Shown here: positions 48,490 to 59,575 of the stretch, piece by piece
Layout of the letters: each line of letters begins with the position of its first letter
How positions within the stretch are numbered: position 1 is the first letter of the stretch
NCBI GenBank assembly: GCA_022729735.1
Contig: DZAY01000006.1
Coordinates: 27,895 to 91,894, forward strand
Length of the DNA: 64,000 bases
DNA from: Helicobacter cetorum
GTDB lineage: Bacteria > Campylobacterota > Campylobacteria > Campylobacterales > DZAY01
Direction of reading: 5' to 3'
Notes under the pieces: model-generated
What the model saw: the letters and a program-made list of their open reading frames with translations, nothing else
Databases searched by the model: none
Told to the model about the DNA's origin: nothing
Made by a program: the position numbers and the translations under genes

Positions 48490-49416
48490 TTAACTATTCA
48501 TAGCCTTAGCTAAAAGCTCTTTAGCACCTTTATCTATCATCATTAATGCTAACTCTTCTCCAATATCAAGAAAATCATCAATATCACAAACTACACTCTC
48601 ACTAATCATCTCCAATCCATCTGGAGTTCCAATTATCGCATTTACAGTGATAGTTTCATCTTTTAAATCTGCATATATTCCAATTGGAACTTGACAACCA
48701 CCATCAAGAGTTTTTATAAAATCTCTCTCAATTTTAGTTTCAATATATGATTTTTCATCGTTTAAACTTAAAACCATATCAATAATTTCATCATCATCTA
48801 TGGTTTCAATTCCAAGTGAAGCTTGTCCCATTGCTGGTATCATAATTTCTGTTGGAATTGGATATACAAAATTTACCTCTTTAGCTAAATTTAGTCTATT
48901 AATTCCTGCCATAGCTAAAATTATTGCATCAAATTCACCATTTTTTAACTTTTCAATTCTTGTATTTACATTACCTCGTAAATCTTTTATAACCAAATCA
49001 GGACGATTTTTTAGAAGTTGCATTTTTCGTCTTAGAGATGTTGTGCCAACTATTGCATTTAGTGGGAGTTCATTTATAGATTTATACTTAAATGACATCA
49101 TAGCATCTCTTACATCTTCTCTTTTTGTAATCGCTGATAACTTTAAATTTTCTGGAAAAGTGATAGGAAAATCTTTTAAGCTATGGACTGCAATTTCTGC
49201 TTCTCCTTTTAGCATTGCTTCTTCTATCTCTTTTGTAAAAAGCCCTTTGCCACCAATTTTAGATAGTGGAGTATCTAAAATCTTATCACCTGTTGTTTTT
49301 ATGATAGAGAGTGCAAATGAGTGGTTTGGAAAATTTTTTTCCAATTCACTCTTTACATACTCTGCTTGCCAAAGTGCTAATTTTGAACCTCTTGTTGCTA
49401 TTACTACTTTTCTCAT
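48490..49416 (-). CDS. hemC: Porphobilinogen deaminase (hydroxymethylbilane synthase) HemC
   Basis: IATRGSKLALWQA, TTGDK, GTTSLRR and the cofactor Cys in LDGGCQVPIG. Confidence 0.95.
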   Translation of the reverse strand: MRKVVIATRGSKLALWQAEYVKSELEKNFPNHSFALSIIKTTGDKILDTPLSKIGGKGLFTKEIEEAMLKGEAEIAVHSLKDFPITFPENLKLSAITKREDVRDAMMSFKYKSINELPLNAIVGTTSLRRKMQLLKNRPDLVIKDLRGNVNTRIEKLKNGEFDAIILAMAGINRLNLAKEVNFVYPIPTEIMIPAMGQASLGIETIDDDEIIDMVLSLNDEKSYIETKIERDFIKTLDGGCQVPIGIYADLKDETITVNAIIGTPDGLEMISESVVCDIDDFLDIGEELALMMIDKGAKELLAKAMNS

Positions 49417-50270
49417 TTTTTACCTATTAAAGCTTTATACTCTTGCTTAGTGTTATCTTTTTTATCATTTACAAATAGTGTTGGAGTTCCACCTACAAGC
49501 AGTTTTGTAGCTACTAAAATATCTGCTTTATATCTCTCATCTATCTCTTTTTTAGAAATATCAGCTTTTGAAATTTTTGTTCCCAATACTTTATTTACTT
49601 CAGCTAATACTAAATCTTCATTAGTCTCTTTTGCATTAAATTCAGATTTATAAATTTTTTTCACAATTTCTGCCATTTTCATACCATTTTTTTCTGCTAC
49701 AAACATAGCTTTTATAATTATTGGAGAAGCTGGATGGATTGTTGTAATTGGGAAATGATACATATAGAGTGCAAAATCTTTGCTATTATCTTCTACATCT
49801 TTTATAATATCTGGCACATTATCTTTACAAAAATAGCAGAGTGGGTCGCTAAATAGTAACATTTTGTTTTTTGCATTTTTACTTCCTGCAATAAATGTTT
49901 CATTGCTATAAAAACTCTTATCAATATTTGGGTTAATTTCTTCTCTAACTGATTTTAAACTATCAATATTTACTATATCAAAAGTTACATATTTTCCATC
50001 ACTATACAAAATATCTGTAACTGTCATCTCTTGAGTTTTATTTGCATCTTGATGGTAGTTTAAATCAACTTTCAATACATAAGCACTAAAACCTTTTATA
50101 TCTTTTAAATCAAATTTATTGATAATCTCAATATTTTTTACTTCAACACCTTTATTTGATGCAACTCTTTTCTTTTCTAACTCTATGATTTTATTATCAA
50201 TAGAGTTTGCAAATAGTGTTGCACTAATTGTGCTTATGGCTAATAACTTCAACATCAATGACTGTTTCAT
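49413..50270 (-). CDS. Periplasmic thiol:disulfide interchange protein, DsbC/DsbG-like
   Basis: Signal peptide [21 protein letters not shown] from ATG 50270, with AAGGAG 9 nt upstream. The thioredoxin fold has CYFC and the cis-Pro motif GGTPTLF. The ORF-track start at 50357 is probably too long. Confidence 0.7.
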   Translation of the reverse strand: MKQSLMLKLLAISTISATLFANSIDNKIIELEKKRVASNKGVEVKNIEIINKFDLKDIKGFSAYVLKVDLNYHQDANKTQEMTVTDILYSDGKYVTFDIVNIDSLKSVREEINPNIDKSFYSNETFIAGSKNAKNKMLLFSDPLCYFCKDNVPDIIKDVEDNSKDFALYMYHFPITTIHPASPIIIKAMFVAEKNGMKMAEIVKKIYKSEFNAKETNEDLVLAEVNKVLGTKISKADISKKEIDERYKADILVATKLLVGGTPTLFVNDKKDNTKQEYKALIGKK

Positions 50271-50631
50271 CTTTTTTATCTCCTTTTGAAATTTTTTCTT
50301 TAAAAAATAGTGAAGCGATATAATCTGCAAAATATTGAAACTGCATAGCAAGTCCAATAAAATCAGATAAAAACCCTGGAATAATTAAAAATATTGCACC
50401 AATCAGACTAAAAATGTGCATAGATAAAAATTCTCTATGAGTTATCTGCTTTGTAACAAGCTCTATCATACTTTCAGCTACAGAGTATTTAAAATTCATA
50501 ATAATAAAAATACCCAAAAAGCCTGAAATAATTATCTCTAAAAATGTAAAAAGCCATCCAATCCAACTTGCAATCTCAATACTAATATATACTTCAAGTA
50601 GAAGATATACTAAAAAATATATAGCTATCAC
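50224..50631 (-). CDS. fxsA: FxsA-family cytoplasmic membrane protein
   Basis: 135 aa, 3-4 TM segments. [16 protein letters not shown] and IPGFLSD are FxsA/UPF0716-like. Confidence 0.6.
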   Translation of the reverse strand: MIAIYFLVYLLLEVYISIEIASWIGWLFTFLEIIISGFLGIFIIMNFKYSVAESMIELVTKQITHREFLSMHIFSLIGAIFLIIPGFLSDFIGLAMQFQYFADYIASLFFKEKISKGDKKDETVIDVEVISHKHN

Positions 50632-52322
50632 AGTAGTTTTAAAATCTCCTCTTCTAAGTTAGCAATATTTACATCTCTTTTTGTAAGTGTTGCTCTATCT
50701 ATTATTTGCACAACTCCATCTTTTAAATTTTTACCTACAACTACACACAGATAAAATCCAATCAGTTCAAAATCAGCGATTTTAGAACCAAATCGCTCAT
50801 CTCTATCATCTAAAATAGTTGAAATATTTTTGCTATTTAAAGAGTTATAAAGATTTTGTGCAAACTCTAATTGCGACTCATCTTTTGTATTTGAAATTAA
50901 AATATCAACTAAAAATGGAGCGGTTTCTCTATTCCAAACAGCTCCTTTATCATCTGCTTTTTGTTCTAATATAGCAGATAAAAGCCGACTTACACCAATT
51001 CCAAAAGTTCCCATAATAAATGGTTTTGATTTGCCAAACTCATCTAAAAAGTTTGCATTTAGTGGTTCTGAATATCTTGTGCCAAGCTGAAAAATATGTC
51101 CTACTTCAATTCCTTTAGTATGATATAACTCACCTCCACAACTAATACATGTGTCACCTTCAACCACATCAATCAAATCAAAATAGTTTAACTCATATTT
51201 AGATATATCAACTCCAACAAAGTGATAATTTAGCTCGTTTGCACCTGTGATTAAGTAACTACTATCTTGTAGCTCATTATCAACTACTACTTTACATTTA
51301 ACATCAATAAATCCTAAATATCCAGCAACTAATCCAGCTTCTTTTAGTTCTTCTTCGCTTACATCAATTAATAAATTTGCTTTTACACTATTTGTAGCTT
51401 TTGTCTCATTTAAACTATCACATCCTCTAACAAAAAATAGCACTACCTCATCTCTATCATCGTAAATTGCTCGTTTTGCAATAGCTTTTGCAAAAAAGTA
51501 ACTATCAACTTTAAAAAAATCTACTAACTCTTCGATGGTTTTTACTTGTGGTGTGTGAAACTTTGCAAAATCACCAGTTGGAATTTCAGTTGGTGGCTCT
51601 TTTTTTACCCTTTTAGATGCTTCTAAATTGGCAGAGTAGTTACAGTTTTTACAAACTACAATGGTATCTTCACCACTATTTGCTAAAACCATAAACTCCT
51701 TACTTCCACTTCCACCAATTGCTCCACTATCAGCATCTACAACTCTAAAATCAAGTCCTAATCTTTTAAAAATTTTAGAATATGTAACTTCCATTAAATC
51801 AAACTCTCGTCTCATGTCTTCAATTGAGCTATGAAATGAGTAACCATCTTTCATTAAAAACTCTCTACATCTAAGCAATCCAAATCGTGGTCTTGCTTCA
51901 TCTCTAAATTTCAGATTTATTTGATAAAGATTGAGTGGCAAATTTTTATAACTTGTAACTCTATTTTTTACTAATTCAACCATCATCTCTTCATGAGTTG
52001 GTCCTAAGACAAAAGAGTTATCTTTTCTATCACTAAATCGTAATAGCTCTTTGCCATATTTAAAAAATCTACCACTCTGTTCCCAAAGCTCTGATGGTGT
52101 TACAAAACCTAAACTAACTTCTAAACAGTTAGCTTGGTTTAACTCATCTCTAATCACACTACTAACTTTATCAAGCACAATTTTTCCAAGTGGCATATAG
52201 TTATAAATTCCACTACTAACTTGTGTTACAAAACCACCTCTAACTAAATATTGATGACTTTTTAATGTGGCATCTTTTGGTGGCTCTTTTTCTGTTTTTA
52301 TAAAAGATTTACTAAATCTCAT
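50628..52322 (-). CDS. proS: Proline--tRNA ligase ProS
   Basis: Class II motifs (..[24 protein letters not shown].., GIGVSRL) with an inserted editing domain; 564 aa. Confidence 0.9.
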   Translation of the reverse strand: MRFSKSFIKTEKEPPKDATLKSHQYLVRGGFVTQVSSGIYNYMPLGKIVLDKVSSVIRDELNQANCLEVSLGFVTPSELWEQSGRFFKYGKELLRFSDRKDNSFVLGPTHEEMMVELVKNRVTSYKNLPLNLYQINLKFRDEARPRFGLLRCREFLMKDGYSFHSSIEDMRREFDLMEVTYSKIFKRLGLDFRVVDADSGAIGGSGSKEFMVLANSGEDTIVVCKNCNYSANLEASKRVKKEPPTEIPTGDFAKFHTPQVKTIEELVDFFKVDSYFFAKAIAKRAIYDDRDEVVLFFVRGCDSLNETKATNSVKANLLIDVSEEELKEAGLVAGYLGFIDVKCKVVVDNELQDSSYLITGANELNYHFVGVDISKYELNYFDLIDVVEGDTCISCGGELYHTKGIEVGHIFQLGTRYSEPLNANFLDEFGKSKPFIMGTFGIGVSRLLSAILEQKADDKGAVWNRETAPFLVDILISNTKDESQLEFAQNLYNSLNSKNISTILDDRDERFGSKIADFELIGFYLCVVVGKNLKDGVVQIIDRATLTKRDVNIANLEEEILKLL

Positions 52323-53617
52323 TTATGCTCCTCTGCATGTTCGCATTTATATTTATTTAAAAGTTTAACATCACTACTTATATCAAACACAACTTTTAAT
52401 GATTCTAAAATAGAATCAGCCAAAGGCTCATCTGCAATATTTTTAATATTTTTAGTTGGAGTGTGTAGAAATGTATTAAAAGCATTATGTAAAACTTTTA
52501 TTAAATTTTCTTCATACTCTTTTGGAATAAAACCTTTTGAAATTGCCCTCTTAACTTCTTTTAGTGAAGCATCTTTGGCTTGATTTCTAATCTCTTTAAT
52601 AAGTGGTTCAATTGATAGTGAATCTAACCATTTGAAAAACTCCATTGTATATCTTCCAACAATTGAGTAAGCCTTTTGAGCCTGCTCTTCTCTTAGGCTT
52701 AAATTTTTCATAACTATCTCTTTTAAATCATCTATCAAAAATAGCTCAATATTTTCACATTCACACTCTTCTATATCTCTTGGCAGTGCTAAATCAAACC
52801 AATATCGCTTAAAATTTCTATTCTCAATCATATCTTTTGTAATTACTATATGTGGAGCTCCTGTGGCTGTAATTAAAATCTTATATCTATTAATTAACTC
52901 TTTGATTTTTGAAAATGGCTCTACACTTACAAGCTCACCTAAATCTTTTGCAACATCTTTTGCTTTGTCCAAATCTCGATTAATTAAAATCACATTACAA
53001 CCAGAATTTACTAAATGTTTAGTTGCCAATACACTCATCTCTCCAGCACCCACAACCAAAGCACTTTCTCCACCAATATTTCCTAAAATATCTTTTAGTT
53101 TTACAACAGCTGTTGACGCAACTGATATTGGATTTTTGGAAATATCTGTCACATTTCTAACTTCAGCTGAACATTTAAAAGCAAAGTGCATAACTCTTGA
53201 GAGTTTTTGCCCACAAAATCCTAAACTAAATGCAAATTTAAAAGCATCTTTTAGCTGTCCAGAAATTTGAGTTTCACCAACTACCAAACTATCAAGCGAA
53301 CTTGCAACTGCAAAAATGTGATGAATTGCACCCGTTTCAGAAAATATATCAGCTCTTCCTTCTAACTCTTCTATACTAAGTTTTGAATGCTTATTTAATA
53401 ATCTAAAAATCTCATTTGAGCTTTCCATTATCTCTTTTACACTTGCAAAAATTTCAATTCTATTGCAAGTCGATAAAATGAGAGCTTCATTTATATATCT
53501 ATGCTCCAATAGCTCTCTTAAAAACTGCTCTTTTTGCTCACTATTTATAAATGATAGTTTCTCTCTTGTTGCTATATCTGTATTTTTATGCGAAAATGAT
53601 ATAACTAAATATTTCAT
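52319..53617 (-). CDS. hemA: Glutamyl-tRNA reductase HemA
   Basis: Active-site [17 protein letters not shown] and the NAD-binding motif VVGAGEM. Confidence 0.9.
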   Translation of the reverse strand: MKYLVISFSHKNTDIATREKLSFINSEQKEQFLRELLEHRYINEALILSTCNRIEIFASVKEIMESSNEIFRLLNKHSKLSIEELEGRADIFSETGAIHHIFAVASSLDSLVVGETQISGQLKDAFKFAFSLGFCGQKLSRVMHFAFKCSAEVRNVTDISKNPISVASTAVVKLKDILGNIGGESALVVGAGEMSVLATKHLVNSGCNVILINRDLDKAKDVAKDLGELVSVEPFSKIKELINRYKILITATGAPHIVITKDMIENRNFKRYWFDLALPRDIEECECENIELFLIDDLKEIVMKNLSLREEQAQKAYSIVGRYTMEFFKWLDSLSIEPLIKEIRNQAKDASLKEVKRAISKGFIPKEYEENLIKVLHNAFNTFLHTPTKNIKNIADEPLADSILESLKVVFDISSDVKLLNKYKCEHAEEHK

Positions 53618-54507
53618 TAAAACTCCCTTATTATCATATCATTTACGATAGAAATTAACTTTGGCAAGTTCTCATCTTCAATCGATTTGATAGCTTTTTT
53701 TGCATAGCTGTTTGCTATTTCATAACTTAAATCAATAATTTTATATCTATCCATAAGAGTTCTTATTTCGCTCTTTTGCAAACTATTTAAATCCACTTTG
53801 AAAAGTGATTTCAAAAACTCTTTCTCTTGCTCATTTGCTAAATCCAAAAGTAGCAAATATGGAAGAGTTACTTTTCCTTCTTTTAAATCTGAAAATGTTG
53901 GTTTTTTAAGTTTAGCTTCATCTTGAGTAATATCTAAAATATCATCTACAATTTGAAAAGCAATTCCCAAATTTTTACCATAATCAGCGAACTTTTTATA
54001 ATCTCTCCCACTTAAAACTCCTGCAACTGCACTCGAAGCTTCTATTAGTGAAGCTGTTTTTTTATAAATCATATCAAAGTAGATATTTTTATCTTCATTA
54101 AAACTATTTGAGAGTGCCACATCTAAAAGCTCGCCAATTGATAGTTGTGTAACAGCAAAAGATATGAGTTGTGCAATTTTAGAATCAAATTTTGTAAGCT
54201 CATAATAAGCTTTTGAGTAGAGTATATCACCCATCATAATAGCACTCATATTTCCATATTTAGAATTTATGGACTCTACTCCTCTTCTAAGAGCTGAATT
54301 ATCAATCACATCATCGTGTAATAGACTTGCTAAATGTATTAACTCAATAATTGCACAAATATCAACTATATTTTCATCTGTAATTGATAAAATTAGTTTG
54401 CTTCGCAACATTTTACCAGTTGAAATATCATTGTAAATTTCATTAATCAAATCTAATCCAAGCTCATTAATATATTGAGCCATTCTTAATTTTATACTAT
54501 TTATCAT
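53617..54507 (-). CDS. ispB: Polyprenyl diphosphate synthase (IspB-like, trans-IPPS)
   Basis: First and second Asp-rich motifs LLHDDVID and QIVDDILD. ATG 54507 is preceded by AGGAG; the ORF track extends to 54543. Confidence 0.8.
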   Translation of the reverse strand: MINSIKLRMAQYINELGLDLINEIYNDISTGKMLRSKLILSITDENIVDICAIIELIHLASLLHDDVIDNSALRRGVESINSKYGNMSAIMMGDILYSKAYYELTKFDSKIAQLISFAVTQLSIGELLDVALSNSFNEDKNIYFDMIYKKTASLIEASSAVAGVLSGRDYKKFADYGKNLGIAFQIVDDILDITQDEAKLKKPTFSDLKEGKVTLPYLLLLDLANEQEKEFLKSLFKVDLNSLQKSEIRTLMDRYKIIDLSYEIANSYAKKAIKSIEDENLPKLISIVNDMIIREF

Positions 54508-54907
54508 TTTTCTCCTGCCAAATAACTCTCTCTTTTGGGTCATAAATCAACAAATTAAGCTTTGCTTTTCCATCTTTAAAATCTTTAAATTCCAATCTAA
54601 TATATGGATTTTCAAAATTGTTTGAGTTAGCACTATCTAATAGTTGAAGTTTAAAACTATCATTATGGTATCGCTGATAGAGTATAAACTGATATACAAA
54701 CTTATCATAATTTAGATGCATAACTAAGCCTCTATTGTGAAACAGAGTCCATCTAAAATTTAGAGCAAACTCTCGCTCACTATCCTTTTCTTTTACAGCT
54801 CTACTATAAAATTCATCTTTGCTAAGCTCTATACTCTCCACAATCTTCCACATAGAAGCATTCAAAAAAGAGTAACAAAGCATTAGAGCGATAAAAATTT
54901 TACTCAT
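54497..54907 (-). CDS. Small secreted protein, function unknown
   Basis: Signal peptide MSKIFIALMLCYSFLNA. No motif recognised. Overlaps both neighbouring genes. Confidence 0.45.
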   Translation of the reverse strand: MSKIFIALMLCYSFLNASMWKIVESIELSKDEFYSRAVKEKDSEREFALNFRWTLFHNRGLVMHLNYDKFVYQFILYQRYHNDSFKLQLLDSANSNNFENPYIRLEFKDFKDGKAKLNLLIYDPKERVIWQEKNDK

Positions 54908-55181
54908 TAGCTGTTACAATATTTCCCATACTTTCAATATATAAACTATTGTGTCTAACTTCAACATCTTCTGTTTTACTATTTTGGAAAATTTTTATCT
55001 CTTTGTCTAAATCATCTATATCTTTTAGAGATTGCTCAACTATTAGCTCTAAAGTTGCAACTCTTTGATAAATTCTATCAAGCTCTTGAATTGCTATATC
55101 TCTATTTGCAGTGTAAAGTATTTCAAAAAATCTACCTTTAATATCTCCACCGAGTAAATCTTCATCATCACCAAAATACAT
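54900..55181 (-). CDS. Small acidic coiled-coil protein, function unknown
   Basis: A 93-aa ORF and the first gene of a long minus-strand gene string. No motif recognised. Confidence 0.4.
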   Translation of the reverse strand: MYFGDDEDLLGGDIKGRFFEILYTANRDIAIQELDRIYQRVATLELIVEQSLKDIDDLDKEIKIFQNSKTEDVEVRHNSLYIESMGNIVTANE

Positions 55182-55321
55182 ATCAATCCTTTGTTTTCTA
55201 CTAAAGCGACATTTTATGAAAAAAGCACTTACAAAAAGATAATTTGCACTATTAACTCAAACTAATTAGATATTAAACCATTTTTAGTTAAATTTACTGA
55301 AAACCTTATAAAGGTGTGTGA

Positions 55322-57817
55322 ATGTTAGTTCGAGATATATTAGAGCATGGTAACTTTTGTATAGATTTAAATAGCTCTTTAGAGAGTGCTTTATCAATTA
55401 TGCAGATAAATAAAAAAGGTGCAGTTGTTATTATAAATAAACATAATAGAGCTGAAGGTATAATTACAGAACGAGATATTTTAAGATTGTTATCTAAAAA
55501 TGTTGATTTTTCACTTCCTATTAGAGATTATATGACAAGAGCTTTAATTAAAATTCATGAAAGTAGAAATTTACTTCATGCATTAACTCTAATGACTGAA
55601 CATACAATTAGAAGATTGATTGTAACTGATGATAGTGGAAATTTTAAATCACTACTTACTCAACAAGATATTTTAAAACATATTGAAGATGATATTTATA
55701 GAGCAAATATCAAAGTCAAATATATTATAGATGGATATGAGTTAATTTATGCAAAAGAAGATGATACACTTGCTACTGTTTTGAAACTTATGAGTAGTAA
55801 TAATATAGGAGCTATTCCTATACTCAAAAATAAAATACCAGTTGGTATTCTTTCTGAAAGAGATATTTTAAATTTTGCTTCATCAAAAGTTGATTTAGAA
55901 AGTAGTTTAAAAGATTATATGAGTTTAAATCCAATTACTGTTACAGAAAGCACTCTAATCGTTGATGTTGCAAAAAAGATGAATGATTTTGGAGTTAGAA
56001 GAGTGATTGTTGTAAATGGAGCTGGTGAAGCTCTTGGAATAATTTCTCAAAGAGATATTATTAAAAGTTTAGAGTATGATTATAAAAACTTTTTAGAGAG
56101 AAAATTACGACACACAAAAGATATTTTAAATCTACTTCCTGAAATGGTGATTGAAATCGTAGATACAAAACGGGAACAAATTATTGTATGGGCAAATATA
56201 AAAGCGATAGAGTTTTTTGGTAGAGATATAATTGATAGTCCTATTAATCACTTTTTGAAAGGTGATAATTGGTTTAATATTTATATGAATATATATAGAA
56301 ATGGAAAACTTGATAGATATAAATTTAATTTAAATAGTAAAACATTGGAACTTTCTGGCTTTTTATTAGAACAGTTTGAAGAGAGTTCTAATGAGGTTAG
56401 AATAAAACTTATCATTCGCGATATTACTGAAAGTGAAAAAGCTAAACTAAAAATAGAAGATGAGCTAAATACATATCTTAGAATTATAAATTCGACTGCT
56501 GATATGATAATTCTTTATAATTCTGATTATGGGAATATAAAAATAGCAAATGATTCTACAATTAAGAGTCTCGGATACTCAAAAGATGAGCTATTAAGTC
56601 TTTCAATATTTGATATTGTTGTGGAAAATAGTGAATTTTTAAAACAAAAAATTGTTGAAATTGTAAGAGATGATAGAGTTGTTAAAGGAAGAAGAACTTA
56701 TAGAAAAAACTCTGGTGAGCTTATTCCTGTAGAAATTACTGCTACAAAAGTTGTTATAAATGGAAGTATATATATTTTAATTGTGGCACGAGATATTGGC
56801 GAAAAGTTGCTTTTAGAAAACCAAGTAAGAGAGCGAAATGAGCAGTTAATGCTATTTCATAACTTTATAAATTCACTAAATAGAAGTGTATCTATTGATG
56901 AAGCTTTTGATGTTTTGACATTTTATTTGAGAAAATTAAGAATAGACTCTATCCATATTTACAAAATAAATCCGTCTCTTACAAAAATTGTAGATACAAG
57001 AGTAAATCAAAATGAACCTCTTTGGAGAGAAGATTGTTTATGTGATACTGTTTTTGAGTGCAAATCTATAATATCAGGTTCAAAATTTTTGAAAAATTCT
57101 GAATTTGAATTTGGTTGTCCATTAATTCATGTTAAAAATGTAAAATCTTATCTTTGTTTAAATATATACTCATCTGGAAAAATTATTGGCATAATCTCAC
57201 TGCTTTCAAAAATTGATAATTTCTTTGACCATGATAGAGTTAGATTTTTAAATGATATAAATAATGCTTTTTCGCTGTTTTTATCAAATCTTAAATTAAT
57301 AGAGTTAAATAGAGATTTATCAATTCGAGACCCACTTACAAATTTATATAATCGAAGATTTTTAAATGAATTTTTTGAAAAAGAGTTAGAAAAAGTAAAA
57401 CGAAGTGATGACTATTTATCAATTATTATGATTGATTTAGATAATTTCAAACAAGTAAATGATATATATGGACATGATGGTGGTGATATGGCTTTAAAAG
57501 CAACAGCTTCTATTATAGATAGAGTTGCGAGAAAATCTGATATTGCAGCAAGATTTGGAGGTGAAGAGTTTATATTGATATTGCCAAATACGGATAAAAA
57601 TGGTGCTACAAATATGGCAGAGCGAATTAGAACTGTGATTGAAAGTAGTGAAATAGATGTTAGTTCAAATCAAAAAATTAGAGTTAGTGCAAGTATTGGT
57701 GTGGCAACTTTTAATGATGATACGAGAATTGATGATTATACAGTTATAAATATCGCAGATAAAAGATTATATCAAGCTAAAAGAACTGGAAAAAATAGAG
57801 TTATTAATTCCGATTAA
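55322..57817 (+). CDS. Cytoplasmic diguanylate cyclase: 2 CBS pairs - 2 PAS - Cys-rich GAF-like - GGDEF
   Basis: Four CBS repeats (..GIITERDIL.., ..RRLIVTDD.., ..GILSERDIL.., ..RRVIVVNG..). The GGDEF domain has the I-site RKSD and RFGGEEF. Confidence 0.85.
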   Translation: MLVRDILEHGNFCIDLNSSLESALSIMQINKKGAVVIINKHNRAEGIITERDILRLLSKNVDFSLPIRDYMTRALIKIHESRNLLHALTLMTEHTIRRLIVTDDSGNFKSLLTQQDILKHIEDDIYRANIKVKYIIDGYELIYAKEDDTLATVLKLMSSNNIGAIPILKNKIPVGILSERDILNFASSKVDLESSLKDYMSLNPITVTESTLIVDVAKKMNDFGVRRVIVVNGAGEALGIISQRDIIKSLEYDYKNFLERKLRHTKDILNLLPEMVIEIVDTKREQIIVWANIKAIEFFGRDIIDSPINHFLKGDNWFNIYMNIYRNGKLDRYKFNLNSKTLELSGFLLEQFEESSNEVRIKLIIRDITESEKAKLKIEDELNTYLRIINSTADMIILYNSDYGNIKIANDSTIKSLGYSKDELLSLSIFDIVVENSEFLKQKIVEIVRDDRVVKGRRTYRKNSGELIPVEITATKVVINGSIYILIVARDIGEKLLLENQVRERNEQLMLFHNFINSLNRSVSIDEAFDVLTFYLRKLRIDSIHIYKINPSLTKIVDTRVNQNEPLWREDCLCDTVFECKSIISGSKFLKNSEFEFGCPLIHVKNVKSYLCLNIYSSGKIIGIISLLSKIDNFFDHDRVRFLNDINNAFSLFLSNLKLIELNRDLSIRDPLTNLYNRRFLNEFFEKELEKVKRSDDYLSIIMIDLDNFKQVNDIYGHDGGDMALKATASIIDRVARKSDIAARFGGEEFILILPNTDKNGATNMAERIRTVIESSEIDVSSNQKIRVSASIGVATFNDDTRIDDYTVINIADKRLYQAKRTGKNRVINSD

Positions 57818-58806
57818 AACTCTCTTTTGCACCAAAGTTTAATATCATCTTCTAAGCTAAGATTTAATATTTTTAAATCTGTTTTACTACTTAAACTTAA
57901 TCCATTTTGAATAGTTGGAGCAATAAAAAAGAGATACCAATCAATTATATCTTTAGTAACTTCAAAAAATTTAGCACCACCTTCAAACAACACATATTTA
58001 TAATCTTTAACTTTCTCAAATGAGTTTTCTATAAAAACTTCTCTATTTGGAATAGAAAAAAGTGGTATAGTTTTATCAAAATCTTTTTTACTTGAAACTA
58101 TTAAAATATTTGGAGGAGTTCCATTAATTGCATTAAGTGTTGGTCTATCAACTCTCACAGTTTCTCCAGAAATTACAAGCAACTCTACTTTGTCTCTCAA
58201 TTTATGGACAAAATTTAGTGAATTTTTTGAGCTAATATAACCATTATCAATTGAGCCATTTAATCTTTGTGCAAGTTTATAAAGCCTAAATGTTCCATTT
58301 TGCCATAAATTAAAAGGTTCTATCAGCTCTAATGCTTCTCTTTTTTCTATAATTTCAATATTAATATTGGACTCTTTTAAAAAATTAAATCCACCAGAAG
58401 CTTCTCTGTTTTTATCCATTGTGGCAATTACAACCCTACTAAATTGTAACTCTTTTATTAAATTAGAACATGGCGGAGTTTTGCCATAGTGATTACATGG
58501 TTCAAGTGTTATATAAATAGTTGAATTTCTAAAAATATTATTATGATTTTGTATTAAATAGTTGTGAATTTCATCTGATTTGAATATATTTTTTAGTTTG
58601 GAAGTTGGATTAAGCTTTAAAAAAGCATCTTTGAGAGCTAAAACTTCAGCATGTGGCTCACCTGCTATTTTGTGTGCATTTATAGATAAAATTTCAAAAT
58701 TATTGACAATGACTGCACCAACAGGAGGATTTGGAAAAGTTAAACCCTGATATTTCCAAGCCTCTTTCAGTGCTAAATCTAAACAAAAAGAGTCAAAATC
58801 TACCAT
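57814..58806 (-). CDS. ribD: Riboflavin biosynthesis bifunctional deaminase/reductase RibD
   Basis: Deaminase zinc motifs HAEVLAL and PCNHYGKTPPC, with a C-terminal reductase domain. Confidence 0.85.
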   Translation of the reverse strand: MVDFDSFCLDLALKEAWKYQGLTFPNPPVGAVIVNNFEILSINAHKIAGEPHAEVLALKDAFLKLNPTSKLKNIFKSDEIHNYLIQNHNNIFRNSTIYITLEPCNHYGKTPPCSNLIKELQFSRVVIATMDKNREASGGFNFLKESNINIEIIEKREALELIEPFNLWQNGTFRLYKLAQRLNGSIDNGYISSKNSLNFVHKLRDKVELLVISGETVRVDRPTLNAINGTPPNILIVSSKKDFDKTIPLFSIPNREVFIENSFEKVKDYKYVLFEGGAKFFEVTKDIIDWYLFFIAPTIQNGLSLSSKTDLKILNLSLEDDIKLWCKREF

Positions 58807-59231
58807 TGATAATATGTTTTTGCAACTTTTATATCAGCAAAATCTATCTCTTTAATCTCTTTTTCAGACTCAATATAAATTTTACTATTTTCAACTTTTA
58901 AAATTTTTCCACTTACTATATCTTTACTTTTAGATGTAATATTTACATCTTCACCGATTGATTTTTCAAAATGTTCTATCTTTTTCAGTTTTCGCTCAAT
59001 TCCAGGAGAGCTAACTTCTAAAAAATATTCTCCACTAACGGGTGGTTCAACATCAAAAAGAGGTGATAGCAATCTGCTAACCTCTTCACATTTAGATAAA
59101 TCTATACCATTTGAAGATTTTAAATATATTCTAAAAATTGAGTAATCTCCCTCTTTTAAAACTTCAATATCATAGAGACTTACTCCACAACTCTCTACAA
59201 TAGCTTCAATTTTATTATAAATATCGCTCAT
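58800..59231 (-). CDS. rimP: Ribosome maturation factor RimP
   Basis: 143 aa. LEVSSPGIERKL is the RimP motif, and the gene lies next to rbfA/infB. Confidence 0.8.
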   Translation of the reverse strand: MSDIYNKIEAIVESCGVSLYDIEVLKEGDYSIFRIYLKSSNGIDLSKCEEVSRLLSPLFDVEPPVSGEYFLEVSSPGIERKLKKIEHFEKSIGEDVNITSKSKDIVSGKILKVENSKIYIESEKEIKEIDFADIKVAKTYYQW

Positions 59232-59575
59232 TAATCAGCCTTAATCTTTTTAAATATCTCTTCTAAACGGTTAATATTACTTAAGCTATCATCAAATTTA
59301 AATGTAAGCTTTGGAGATTTAAACCAACCAGATTTTGCAATAATCTCTTGTTCCAAGAAATGAGATGCTTTATGCAATGCTTTTAAGGCATCTTTTTGCT
59401 CTTTATCATCTAAAGATGTCTTATCTAAAAACACTTCAGCACTCTGCTTTCCCTTACTTGTGTTTATTTCAACTACACTTAATGAGTTTAATCTTATATC
59501 TTCTAAACAAGATATAGCTTCTTGCACTAACTCTTTTAAATATGAATTTAGTTTCTGCTCTTTAATATTTTTCAT
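59231..59575 (-). CDS. rbfA: Ribosome-binding factor A RbfA
   Basis: 114 aa, directly downstream of infB. KH-like core with ..P.L.F.FD.S motifs. Confidence 0.75.
   Translation of the reverse strand: MKNIKEQKLNSYLKELVQEAISCLEDIRLNSLSVVEINTSKGKQSAEVFLDKTSLDDKEQKDALKALHKASHFLEQEIIAKSGWFKSPKLTFKFDDSLSNINRLEEIFKKIKAD

Noticed and set aside
48800-49450. A 216-aa ORF on the plus strand antisense to hemC. Similar long antisense ORFs occur at 52863..53270 (hemA), 29184..29558 (ftsI/fliE), 2179..2517, 35784..36053 and elsewhere.
   Set aside because: Each lies opposite a gene with unambiguous homology. Their translations are low-complexity Ser/Phe/Ile/Leu-rich strings typical of shadow frames in AT-rich DNA, and none has a recognisable motif or RBS.
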